Assembly: GCA_016201905.1 (NCBI GenBank)
Contig: JACQBQ010000039.1
Coordinates: 913 to 64,912 of the forward strand
DNA length: 64,000 nucleotides
Reading direction: 5' to 3'
From: Candidatus Melainabacteria bacterium
Lineage (GTDB): Bacteria > Cyanobacteriota > Vampirovibrionia > 2-02-FULL-35-15
The position numbers were made by a program, and so were the translations under genes. Positions 45,858-55,343 of this stretch are shown here, piece by piece. Within the stretch, counting starts at the first letter, position 1. The number at the start of each line of letters is the position of its first letter. The notes under the pieces were generated by a model. That model searched no databases. It saw nothing but the letters and a program-made list of their open reading frames with translations, and was not told the origin of the DNA.

Positions 45858-46865
45858 TTAATTTATATTATCCTTGCTTCTACTAATTCGTAAATTTTCT
45901 AATGTATAAAGTAATGAAGCACCTCGATCTGAAGTCAATGATAAGTTTGTAAGGCAGTTTATACCTCCTGAAAGAATTGGGATTCGCTTGTAAATATCAA
46001 CCACTGCAGCAAGGATCCAAGTTAGTCCTCCCCAGACAAAGAGTGAATTAAAGTTTAATAAATTATTTTTACTTTTATCCTGGCCTTTTTTGTCTCTAAT
46101 TAATCCGAAGTCTACAAATGTACCAAAAATGTCTCTGATTATAGCCCCAAATGTTCTAAGTCCTAACATTCCTAAAAATGTTCCAACTATTTGACCGCTG
46201 GAAGCTACAAAAAGACTATGCGACATATTAAAGAAAGAAGATGGGTTATTAATTAGTTCTGAAGTTAACCTTGGAATAGCTTTTGCAGTTGTTGTTAAGC
46301 TTGTGACCCAACCTTCCCACCACTTATTATTTTTCTTGCTGAAATCACCACCAATATATAAGGGTTCCCCTTTTTGATCAAAAGCTAATTTGCCATTGTC
46401 TAAAACTTGTAGCCTATCTATAATTCCCTGAAATTGACCTAATCCTTGTGCTAGTCCTCTATTAAACCATAGCTCATCTCCACTACTAAGCAAAGCTGTT
46501 GGTAGTTCAAGTACATATCCTATAAATGGTACTAAATTTCTTTTTTTCCATGTGTCAATTGAAAGAATTATTCCTTGTGTTGCTACGGCAATTTTTGTCA
46601 TAAAATCACTAGCTGACTCAAGCTTTTCTTTTAATGAGCCAAGTATAGGTAAGTTACCACTTATAAAAGTGAGAAGATTGAGCGCTGCTGCACCACCATT
46701 GGTTACACAGTTTAAGATCTCTTTTGTTTTATCAATTGTTGCAATGTTAGATCCTTCAGTTTGTCTCTGTAATTGAGTTTCTCCATGCCTTTTTGTTGGG
46801 CACATGACAAATGAGGCAGCTTGACTGCCTGTTGACTTAGGTCCTTTGATCGCAAGATCATCCAT
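45858..46865 (-). CDS. Hypothetical multi-pass membrane protein, paralogue of 44923..45855
   Basis: 335 aa, 2 nt from its paralogue. Has a ~45-aa polar N-terminal extension. No recognisable family motifs. Confidence 0.7.
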   Translation of the reverse strand: MDDLAIKGPKSTGSQAASFVMCPTKRHGETQLQRQTEGSNIATIDKTKEILNCVTNGGAAALNLLTFISGNLPILGSLKEKLESASDFMTKIAVATQGIILSIDTWKKRNLVPFIGYVLELPTALLSSGDELWFNRGLAQGLGQFQGIIDRLQVLDNGKLAFDQKGEPLYIGGDFSKKNNKWWEGWVTSLTTTAKAIPRLTSELINNPSSFFNMSHSLFVASSGQIVGTFLGMLGLRTFGAIIRDIFGTFVDFGLIRDKKGQDKSKNNLLNFNSLFVWGGLTWILAAVVDIYKRIPILSGGINCLTNLSLTSDRGASLLYTLENLRISRSKDNIN

Positions 46866-47040
46866 TACTGAAATACTTCCCTTATTAAGTTTTTATTTTA
46901 AAAGTCTATAAGCTTCTTAAATAACTTGGCTACATTATAAACATTTAGAAGTACATATTTAACTTTTTAAACAAAATATTTAATATATTTTAATCCTTAT
47001 TTAATTCAAAAACTCTTAACCTAGAAGGTAATTCTTAACC

Positions 47041-48675
47041 TTATAGCTTAATGTCATATAACTTGCTGTACTTTTCTTTAATATAGTTAATAAAATAATC
47101 TAGATTTAAGGGTTCACCGGTTACTCTTTTAATAATTTCAGAAGGTGTTTCTGTCCTACCGTACTTGTGAATTTTTTCCCTTAGCCATTCTCTAAGGGGT
47201 GAAAATTTTCCACTTGCAATTTGCTTTTCAATATTTGGAATTTCTTTTTTAATAGTGTTGTAAAACTGTGCTGCATAAAGACTTCCCAATGTATAGGTCG
47301 GAAAATAACCAATATCACCAGAAAACCAATTAGAACTTTCCAGTACTACTTCAAATTTGTTGTCATATGATATCCCTGTATATTCTTTTAGCTTATCGTT
47401 CATAAAGTCTGGGATTTCATGAGCTTTTAATTTTCCTTCAGTAAAAGCTTTTTCTGTTTCAAATAAAACCATTATATGAATATGGGAAGTGATTTCGTCA
47501 GAGTGAAATGCTGGAACAGCTTCTACTTTGTTTATTGCTTTGTAAAACTCTTCATGTGAAATATCTTTAAGTTGCTCAGGAAACTGTTTCTGTAATTTTG
47601 GGAAGGCATATTCCCAAAAAGGCATGCTTTGCCCAATTATTGTTTCGTATAGGCGGGATTGGGATTCATGTATACCAAGAGAAGCGCCATCAAATAAAGG
47701 TGTCTTGGCTAATGATGGATCTAAGCCTAATTCATAAAGTCCATGGCCTCCTTCATGAAGAGCAGTAATTACAGTGTAATAAATATTGTTTTCATAAATG
47801 TTTATGCTTAAACGTACGTCATTTAATGCAACGCACTGGCTAAAAGAAGAAGAAGATCTATCTAAGCGTCCCTTTGAAAAGTCAAAGCCAATTTTTTTTA
47901 GAAGACTTTTGCAAAATTTTAACTGTTCAGAAGGTTTATAGTACTTGTTAAGAAAACTTGTATCTATTTTTTTTGACGAGCTGTTGATTAGTTTTATAAG
48001 TGGAAACAATTCAGTTTTAAGCTTCCCAAAAATCTTGTCTAGCTCACTGGCTGTCATTTCTGGCTCATGTATAGAAAGTAAAGCAGTATATGGAGAATCT
48101 TTATAGCCCATGTGTTCTACAATTTGACGCTTGGTTGAGATTACCTTTTCAAGTGCCGGAGCAATTTTATTATGATAATTAGCTTCAATAGCTGTTGCTT
48201 CTGCATATGCTGTTGCTTCTGCATATGTTGCTGCTTGAACAAATTGTTCGAGAATGTGAGGAGATATATTTTTTGTTCTGTCATATAAAATCCTTAGTTC
48301 TTTTACAAGTGCCTGGTCAACTTTGTCTAAATTATAAAATATATGGTTTTGTTCGAAGTATTCTAAATAGGCTGTTGCTTTTTCAGATGTTAAAATATCA
48401 TGTTCTTGTTTTGATAAATGAGAAGTTATCCATACTCTGCTTTCGCTTCCATCTTTTGGCATGAAAGTTGAAGTGTCCCAGTCTGAAAATTGTTTAAGAG
48501 ATGTTACTGCTTGTACTTCTTCAACAAATTTTTTAAAAGAAACTAAATTATTCTCAAGTGAATCTTGATTTATGTCAGATAATAGTTTTTTGTACTCATT
48601 ACTTTGTATGTTGTGGCCATTTGTATGCCCAATCCGAAGAGATGGAATTAATTGTAGCGGTTGAATTCCTACCAT
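47041..48675 (-). CDS. M32 family carboxypeptidase (carboxypeptidase Taq-like metallopeptidase)
   Basis: HEGGHGLYE (HExxH), HESQSRLYE, GYFPTYTLGSLYAAQ. 544 aa. Contains an in-frame 18-bp tandem duplication (48191..48226). Confidence 0.88.
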   Translation of the reverse strand: MVGIQPLQLIPSLRIGHTNGHNIQSNEYKKLLSDINQDSLENNLVSFKKFVEEVQAVTSLKQFSDWDTSTFMPKDGSESRVWITSHLSKQEHDILTSEKATAYLEYFEQNHIFYNLDKVDQALVKELRILYDRTKNISPHILEQFVQAATYAEATAYAEATAIEANYHNKIAPALEKVISTKRQIVEHMGYKDSPYTALLSIHEPEMTASELDKIFGKLKTELFPLIKLINSSSKKIDTSFLNKYYKPSEQLKFCKSLLKKIGFDFSKGRLDRSSSSFSQCVALNDVRLSINIYENNIYYTVITALHEGGHGLYELGLDPSLAKTPLFDGASLGIHESQSRLYETIIGQSMPFWEYAFPKLQKQFPEQLKDISHEEFYKAINKVEAVPAFHSDEITSHIHIMVLFETEKAFTEGKLKAHEIPDFMNDKLKEYTGISYDNKFEVVLESSNWFSGDIGYFPTYTLGSLYAAQFYNTIKKEIPNIEKQIASGKFSPLREWLREKIHKYGRTETPSEIIKRVTGEPLNLDYFINYIKEKYSKLYDIKL

Positions 48676-48762
48676 AATAGCTTCTAAGTCTTATTTTGCT
48701 TAGAAGTTTATCAATTGACTTATTGCAAATCAAATGAAAGAGTATTGTAAGGAGAAAGAAAG

Positions 48763-50562
48763 CTATCTCTTAATTTTCTTTTCTAGTTCGGCTTTATTTA
48801 CTGGTTTTGATGGCAAAGTATTTGCATCTATACCCATCATTTCATGACTGCTTCCACCTGGTGGTACTATAGGCCAAACATTTGCCTCATAGTGAAGTTC
48901 AAAATTTAATAATATTGGTTTTTTAAGACGGACTGCTTCTTCAATTGCTGGCTCAACACCTTCTGGCTTTTCAATTTTTATTCCTTTTATGCCAAAAGCC
49001 TCAGCTAGTTTTACATAATCTGGGCTTCCAGAGCCCCAATCAATGTAGCTATAACGCTTATCATAAAAGAGTTCCTGCCACTGACGAACCATTCCAAGAT
49101 TATTATTGTTAAATAAAACAATTATTACTGGAAGATCGTGAGCTACCATTGTGCCAAGCTCCTGAAAGTTCATCTGAAATCCACCGTCACCTGTTATGGC
49201 TACTACTGGGACGTTAAGCCCCATGTCTTTTATAGCTGCTTTAGCGCCAAGAGCTGCCGGGAAACCATAGCCCATTGCACCTAGACCACTGGAGCTGCAC
49301 CAGCGACGTGGCTTATTTATTTCTAAATACTGTGCTGCCCACATCTGATGCTGTCCGACATCTACTGTGTAAATAGCATCCTTACAGTATTTATTTAAAG
49401 CTAAAAGAATTTGTTGTGGTGAGATTTGAGTTTTGTCTTTTGGTACATCAAGAGGATATTTCTTTTTCCAGTCCTCAATTTGTTTTATCCACTCTTCGGT
49501 ATTGGATTTTCTGGCATTTATTTTTTCGTTTAACTCAACTAAAACAGTTTTTGCATCCCCAACAATTGGAATGTCAATTACATCTCTCATATTTCTATTT
49601 TTTCCAATTTCGGCTGGGTCTATATCTATATGAATTACCTTTGCATCTGGAGCAAATGTTTCAATTTTTCCAGTGACACGATCGTCAAAGCGTACTCCAA
49701 CAGCGACTAACAAATCACACTCATGAATGGCATAATTTGCATAGGCAGTGCCATGCATGCCTAGCATACCGTAGTTTAAAAAATGATTGTCCGGAAATGC
49801 ACCTTTGCCCATTACTGTGTAAGTTACAGGTAGTGAACATGTTTCAGCAAGCTTCAAAAGCTCTTCTGAGGCACCACTTGAAATAATGCCACCACCTATG
49901 TAGAGGATAGGCTTTTTAGCTTCTAAAATTGCTTTAGCTGCTGCATGTATTTGACGGGCATTACCTTTCAATGTAGGTTTATAGCCTGGTAGTGTAAATT
50001 TGTTTTCCATTCCTTCATAGTAATCAAACACTGTACCTAAAACATCTTTTGGCAGGTCAATAAGCGTAGGCCCTGGTCTTCCGGTAGAAGAAATTAAAAA
50101 TGCTTTTCTAACTGTTTTAGGAATTTGTGTTGGTTCAAGAACAAGGTAACTATGTTTAACAACAGGCATTGTAATTCCGGTTATGTCTGCTTCCTGAAAA
50201 AAATCTTTTCCAATTCCATAAGTAGGCACCTGTCCTGTAAGAGCAATTACTGGAACTGAATCCATGTGAGAGTTGCATAAGCTGGTTACAATGTTTGTAG
50301 CTCCAGGACCACTTGTAGCCAGGATAATACCAGGCTTACCACTTACCCTTGCATAGCCATCTGCCATAAATCCTGCACACTGTTCATGGCGGACCAGTAT
50401 ATGATTTATGTCATCCCTTTTATAAAGGTCATCATAAAGGCCAAGTACTGCGCCACCAGGATAACCAAAAATAGTTTTTACACCCTCGTTTACAAGACAG
50501 TTTAAAAGTGCTTGAGAACCTTTTAGTTTTGTTGTTTGTTTATTTGTCTTTTCATCAGTCAT
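48763..50562 (-). CDS. ilvB: Acetolactate synthase, large (catalytic) subunit
   Basis: Thiamine-diphosphate enzyme. N-terminal FGYPGGAVLGLYD, TPP-binding ITGDGGFQMNFQELGT...NNNNLGMVRQWQ. 599 aa. Confidence 0.9.
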   Translation of the reverse strand: MTDEKTNKQTTKLKGSQALLNCLVNEGVKTIFGYPGGAVLGLYDDLYKRDDINHILVRHEQCAGFMADGYARVSGKPGIILATSGPGATNIVTSLCNSHMDSVPVIALTGQVPTYGIGKDFFQEADITGITMPVVKHSYLVLEPTQIPKTVRKAFLISSTGRPGPTLIDLPKDVLGTVFDYYEGMENKFTLPGYKPTLKGNARQIHAAAKAILEAKKPILYIGGGIISSGASEELLKLAETCSLPVTYTVMGKGAFPDNHFLNYGMLGMHGTAYANYAIHECDLLVAVGVRFDDRVTGKIETFAPDAKVIHIDIDPAEIGKNRNMRDVIDIPIVGDAKTVLVELNEKINARKSNTEEWIKQIEDWKKKYPLDVPKDKTQISPQQILLALNKYCKDAIYTVDVGQHQMWAAQYLEINKPRRWCSSSGLGAMGYGFPAALGAKAAIKDMGLNVPVVAITGDGGFQMNFQELGTMVAHDLPVIIVLFNNNNLGMVRQWQELFYDKRYSYIDWGSGSPDYVKLAEAFGIKGIKIEKPEGVEPAIEEAVRLKKPILLNFELHYEANVWPIVPPGGSSHEMMGIDANTLPSKPVNKAELEKKIKR

Positions 50563-50667
50563 ATCGTTTTTATTCCAAGGTATTTAAATATCATACTAGA
50601 GTTATCATTAAAGATGTAAGGTTAAATATTAAGAGACAATAAAATTTTCAATTATCTAAAAGCAATA

Positions 50668-50907
50668 GTGAACTGGGTAAAGATATTAAGCCGTAAAGGT
50701 AACAATTCTTCCAGATCGCTTCATGAAGAATTTCAATTACCTCAGGATTTCATTTTTTGCCACAAAGACAAAGTACACATTTTTGTGCGTGGATTAGCTG
50801 ATGGTAAATTACATGCTGCTAAAAACAGAAATTATTCTGACTTCAGATTTTATAAAAAAGATGGACTAAAAGTTTTTTGTGCTGTTTGTAGAAAAAGACT
50901 TGTTTAG
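50668..50907 (+). CDS. Hypothetical protein (79 aa), doubtful
   Basis: GTG-start ORF lying between two minus-strand genes. Has CH...CAVC spacing that could be a small zinc-binding motif. No SD identified. Confidence 0.25.
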   Translation: MNWVKILSRKGNNSSRSLHEEFQLPQDFIFCHKDKVHIFVRGLADGKLHAAKNRNYSDFRFYKKDGLKVFCAVCRKRLV

Positions 50908-50911
50908 CAAG

Positions 50912-52162
50912 CTAGGCTTTTTTTACTTTTCCGTTCAATTTTAAAATCCCATTTGTAGCTTTGCTTCTTGTTTCTTCCCAAAAACCATTTATATCTACAT
51001 AAATGCAGTTTGAATTATTTACAAGTTCTGTAATCTTTTTAAGATCTTCAAACTCTTTATGTCCTGTCATTAAAATTACTGCATCTGCTTTACTCAAAAC
51101 AGAAGAGTCAGCATATTCCGGAAGATATGGATCGTAGCATCCTACGACATAATCTTTGTAGTAAAGTAGTTTTCGTAATTTATAACTAAGCGAAGATCTT
51201 GGATCATCTGAGTTTGGCTTGTTTGACATGCCTAAGATTACAACCTTGTTTAATTTGTAGTTTTCAAGTTTTTGAACAACCTGTGCTGGAATTGATTCAT
51301 TGATTTTAAATGCTGTTGTAACCAGCTCAGTAAACGGCACTCTGTCTACTAAGAACCAACCTTCTTTGTGCATGCCTGGTCCGGCAGCATTAAGATTTGG
51401 ATTTGGGATTTGTAATTCTTGATTTGTCTCATTCCTTAGAGCATCCAAAATTTTGTGTATGTTTACACCGTAACTTTCTGCAATTAAATAAAACTCATTT
51501 GCACAGGCATTTTGAATGTAAGTGTACATGTTTTTCATAAGCTTACCCAGAAGAGCTTCTTCAGGTGTGACCCAATTCAATTTACCCTTTGTAAGGGTTT
51601 TGAAAAATTTACTTGCAACATTAAAACTATTTTCATCATATGCACCAATTGGTTGAGGAGTTTTTAAAGTGTCATGGATACTTGGAGTTTCATCTGTAAT
51701 TTCAGGTGCAAACGCAAGGTAAATATTTTTCCCTACTTTTAAACCTGTTTTGTCTTCTATAAGCGTTTTAATTCTGCCAACAATTCCGGGTGCTAAAGTA
51801 TTTCTAAAAACGATTAGTTGGTTTTCCTTGAAATACTCTGCCAGGTCAAAAATTACCCCTGCAACTGGCTCCAGGCTTGGGTTTAAGTTTGAATCGACAG
51901 GTGTTCCAATGGTAATAATTACTACTTCAGCTTTTGCCACAAGATCATAGTTAGTAGTTAAGGTTAGTGTTTTTTTCTTTAATGCTTGTTCTAGATAAAT
52001 TTCTGCTTCATGTTCAATAAATGGTAAACAACCTTGTTTAATTTCATTAATTCTTTCCTCATCAATATCAATGCTTGTGACATTGTGTCCTTTGTTAGCC
52101 GATATTAAAGAAATTCTTAGTCCTAATCTGCCGCAGCCACCAATAATTGCAACATTACTCAT
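50912..52162 (-). CDS. UDP-glucose/GDP-mannose dehydrogenase-family protein (nucleotide-sugar dehydrogenase-like), apparently lacking the catalytic Cys
   Basis: N-terminal Rossmann VAIIGGCGRLGL, IITIGTPVD...FRNTLAPG, and a C-terminal UDP-binding-domain pattern VVILGMSNKPNSDDPRSSLSYKL...YDPY. The position of the family GGxC..KD motif reads AAGPGMHKEGW. Confidence 0.75.
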   Translation of the reverse strand: MSNVAIIGGCGRLGLRISLISANKGHNVTSIDIDEERINEIKQGCLPFIEHEAEIYLEQALKKKTLTLTTNYDLVAKAEVVIITIGTPVDSNLNPSLEPVAGVIFDLAEYFKENQLIVFRNTLAPGIVGRIKTLIEDKTGLKVGKNIYLAFAPEITDETPSIHDTLKTPQPIGAYDENSFNVASKFFKTLTKGKLNWVTPEEALLGKLMKNMYTYIQNACANEFYLIAESYGVNIHKILDALRNETNQELQIPNPNLNAAGPGMHKEGWFLVDRVPFTELVTTAFKINESIPAQVVQKLENYKLNKVVILGMSNKPNSDDPRSSLSYKLRKLLYYKDYVVGCYDPYLPEYADSSVLSKADAVILMTGHKEFEDLKKITELVNNSNCIYVDINGFWEETRSKATNGILKLNGKVKKA

Positions 52163-52513
52163 AATTGCTCCTTTTGTTTTTTAATTCTCCAAACAGCAAT
52201 ATACCCTTACAATTGTTAAAAAAGATAAGCTGTTTGGTTTAGGTTTTTATAGCTTTATTCTTAATTTGGTTAAAAATAAGAGGTTTCTAAAGGCATTATT
52301 TTTAATTAATATTTTTGTAATGATTTTAGGTTAAGAAAAAGTTCCTTTTTGAGGTTAAGGGTTGATAAAATCGGCTTAAAAGCTAGATTTTAAAACAGTC
52401 TGGTTTTTGTTTAATATAAGAGTCAAAATTATTTAAGCAAGTTTATTATGAAAACAAATTTTCATTGTGAAAATGCTCTTGGCCCTTATTTGGAAGTTAA
52501 AAGCTAGATTCTT

Positions 52514-54166
52514 ATGTCACCAGTATTTAAAGCAATAAGAGCTATTGTGGACAATCCACAAAAAGTGGAGGAAGTTAAAACTTTTCTTCGTGGTTTACCC
52601 ATTGCTGAAAAAGACAAAGAAAAAATAAACAGTGGTATTGAGTTATGTGGGAATTCCAAACTTCAAGAAGGACCTTATGAAGTAGTAACTGATCCAAATG
52701 GAAAAAGTTTTCTTGAAGTTCCAACTACAGAGTTTATTAAGATACGTAATTTGATTTCATCTCAGAATAATATTTCTTCTGAGTACTATTCTCCTGAAGA
52801 TACAGATAAATTGGTGGGATTAACCTCTCAAGAGGACTCTATGCTTAGTGCTTTAAATAATATCAAAGACTTCTGGCACAGGGCATTTGGAAGAAGAACA
52901 GGCTTGTTCTCGTGGGTTTTGTCATGGACTTTTAAGCGTTTTGGTTTTAGTGAATTTGAAAAAGTTGAGGAAACACTTAATAGCCCTTCTTTTGTTCAAG
53001 GTTTTGCAAAATACTACAAGATGGCAAAAAATGAATCTAAAGAAAAATCCAATGCTTTTTTGGGAGAGCTTTTTAAAGAAAATGAGCCACAGCAAAAACT
53101 AGCTAAGCTTGCTTTAAAGACTATAAATATTTTTAATAAGCTTCCGGAGCCATTTGTGAAAATATTTCCTTTGATCTTTTGCATTCAAAATGTAACAGTG
53201 CCAATTTTGTCTAAGTTCTTTTTTAAAGAAGGTCTTTTTAGTAAGTTACTAAACACTTTATTTGTGGTAAATCCATGGCTTGATGAGTTTATATCTTCAA
53301 TAATGGGAGTTTTTCAGAAGGAAATTAAAGGGACAAAAGAAAGTCTGAAAGGCTATTCTAAAACACAAGAAGATAATCCCAATAAAATAGAGGATTCTTC
53401 ACCAGTTAATTCAATAGTTCTAACATCCTTGGATAAAGAGCAGTATAAATTAAAGAAAGCAGTAGACAAAGTAAATGAAGCTTTTGATAGACTGCTTGGT
53501 AGAAAAAACAACATATCTTCAATAGCTTTGAATATTATTTTAAGGCTTTATGGTTTTAAGGACTACCAGGATTTTGCTGAAAGAACAATTAAGAAAGAAA
53601 GCTTTGTCCGAAACTTATATAAATGCCTGGAAGAATTTAGCAAGGAAAATCAAGAAGGGGGCACCATAATTGACAAGAAGCTTTCAGAAAAGGTAAAAAA
53701 ATATTTCCCTGATTCTACTAAAGAACAACAAAAAGAACAACAAGTAGCAAAAATAATTTTAGCGGTTATTTCGATGACAAATAATTTATCGGAAAAATTT
53801 GTTAAAAGCGGACCAAAAATATTTGGGCAAATTTATTCCTTCCAATATTTATTTATGCCTTTAGTATCAAAGTTTTTAGGGAATAAAGGATTTATTGGAA
53901 AACTTTTAGGATTTTTTGCAATAGTAAACCCGCTTGTAAATGATTTTTGCATGGATCCTATTGCTACTTTTCAGGAAGAAGTATTAAGTATTAGGAAAGA
54001 AACAGAATCCATCAAACATTTGTTACCACAGCTTCCTAAGGTCCAAATCGGTAACCCTGTTAACTATGTTGTAAAAACTGCAAAATCTGTATGGGACTCA
54101 GTTCGTAATTTTGTTCAAGGGAAGTTTTCTGGTAAGGCAGCTAGAGTAGAACCTGGGCTTGGTTAG
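52514..54166 (+). CDS. Hypothetical protein with internal duplication (two ~230-aa modules)
   Basis: 550 aa. Module 1 reads ...FGRRTGLFSWVLSWTFKRFGFSEFEK...LPEPFVKIFPLIFCIQNVTVPILSKFFFKEGLFSKLLNTLFVVNPWLDEFI. Module 2 reads ...LGRKNNISSIALNIILRLYGFKDYQD...LSEKFVKSGPKIFGQIYSFQYLFMPLVSKFLGNKGFIGKLLGFFAIVNPLVNDFC. Confidence 0.7.
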   Translation: MSPVFKAIRAIVDNPQKVEEVKTFLRGLPIAEKDKEKINSGIELCGNSKLQEGPYEVVTDPNGKSFLEVPTTEFIKIRNLISSQNNISSEYYSPEDTDKLVGLTSQEDSMLSALNNIKDFWHRAFGRRTGLFSWVLSWTFKRFGFSEFEKVEETLNSPSFVQGFAKYYKMAKNESKEKSNAFLGELFKENEPQQKLAKLALKTINIFNKLPEPFVKIFPLIFCIQNVTVPILSKFFFKEGLFSKLLNTLFVVNPWLDEFISSIMGVFQKEIKGTKESLKGYSKTQEDNPNKIEDSSPVNSIVLTSLDKEQYKLKKAVDKVNEAFDRLLGRKNNISSIALNIILRLYGFKDYQDFAERTIKKESFVRNLYKCLEEFSKENQEGGTIIDKKLSEKVKKYFPDSTKEQQKEQQVAKIILAVISMTNNLSEKFVKSGPKIFGQIYSFQYLFMPLVSKFLGNKGFIGKLLGFFAIVNPLVNDFCMDPIATFQEEVLSIRKETESIKHLLPQLPKVQIGNPVNYVVKTAKSVWDSVRNFVQGKFSGKAARVEPGLG

Positions 54167-54325
54167 CAATATCCCCAGAGATGGTATTTCTATCCCTAGG
54201 TTTACTTAAGGTAGATCACCGAAATTTGAAATCTTACAATGGTTACCCCTTCTATTGTCTTTTGTTTAGATTTTCTCTGCCGAAGCATAGCTTAGATGAT
54301 GAAGTTCTAATAGCAGGAAATTACT

Positions 54326-54532
54326 ATGGCAACTGTAACTGAAGAATTTAGATATCTGGCAAAAGAACTAAGCGAACTCTATCAGAAGAGAAAAGAGCTA
54401 GCCAAAGATATTATTTTTAAAGAAGATAAATTAAGAAAATTAGGTCTTATGCTTGAGTTTGTAGATAACCTAGAAGAGAAACTAGACGATGAATGTGATG
54501 GTTCTGACGGATTTCAGGAACAAGAAGTTTAA
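54326..54532 (+). CDS. Hypothetical coiled-coil/acidic small protein (68 aa)
   Basis: ORF with AGGAA 8 nt upstream. Heptad-like charged sequence with an acidic C-terminus. Confidence 0.4.
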   Translation: MATVTEEFRYLAKELSELYQKRKELAKDIIFKEDKLRKLGLMLEFVDNLEEKLDDECDGSDGFQEQEV

Positions 54533-54762
54533 ATAGTCTCGATTATTTCCAAGTAGACTTCTTTGGAGTTTGGTTTATTTACTGTTTTCGTTTTAATTGG
54601 GCTTGCATTGCTAAATGAGCTTAGCTGTTCAAGAACCAGCCCTGCTTCGCTTTTTAGACAGCTTAGGGTGACCGTTTTATTGTGCCTTAGCTCCCTTGCA
54701 GCATAGGCTATTTGCCAGTTAAGCAGGTGAGGCTGTTCTTTTCCATATGATTGATTATCCAT
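54529..54762 (-). CDS. Hypothetical protein (77 aa)
   Basis: AGGAG lies 7 nt upstream of the ATG. Convergent with 54326..54532, with a 4-nt overlap. Confidence 0.45.
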   Translation of the reverse strand: MDNQSYGKEQPHLLNWQIAYAARELRHNKTVTLSCLKSEAGLVLEQLSSFSNASPIKTKTVNKPNSKEVYLEIIETI

Positions 54763-54866
54763 ATAAATCTCCTTAAATAAGGTTGTAAACTCTTATATTT
54801 GGTTCCTTAATAGTTTCTTAACTTTATGATAGCAAATTAGCTTTGAGAAAAGATAGAGGAGAAAGC

Positions 54867-55343
54867 TTAAATTTTTTTAAGCTTTTCTATAGTGTTTGTA
54901 GTAGAAAATCCTGGCACAATTGGAAATTGAACAGTTTTGCCACCGTAATTCCGAACAAGAACAGCTTCAGGGAGGTTATCTAAATCATAATCTCCACCTT
55001 TAACATATATTTCTGGTTTAAAAAGTTCTAGAAATTTTTCAGCACTTTCTTCATCAAATGTAGTCACAAAGTCAATGCATTCAAGTGCTGCTAAGATCTC
55101 AGCTCTTTCGTTTTGAGAATTTATTGGGCGATTGTTACCTTTTAACTTTTTAACTGAGCTGTCACTGTTTATTCCGACCACTAAAATGTCTCCTAATTTT
55201 TTTGCTTTTTGAAGTGACCTTATATGACCTACATGCAAAATATCAAAGCAGCCATTAGTTGCTACTACTACAAGTTTTTTATTTTTAGATCTAAGGAAAT
55301 CTATTTTGTGTTTAAGCTGGTTTGGTGGAATGATTTCTGCCAT
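54867..55343 (-). CDS. Cytidylyl/adenylyltransferase-family protein, D-glycero-beta-D-manno-heptose-1-phosphate adenylyltransferase-like (RfaE domain II / HldC)
   Basis: NGCFDILHVGHIRSL (HxGH nucleotidyltransferase motif), VGINSDSSVKKLKGNNRPIN, YVKGGDY. 158 aa. Confidence 0.8.
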   Translation of the reverse strand: MAEIIPPNQLKHKIDFLRSKNKKLVVVATNGCFDILHVGHIRSLQKAKKLGDILVVGINSDSSVKKLKGNNRPINSQNERAEILAALECIDFVTTFDEESAEKFLELFKPEIYVKGGDYDLDNLPEAVLVRNYGGKTVQFPIVPGFSTTNTIEKLKKI

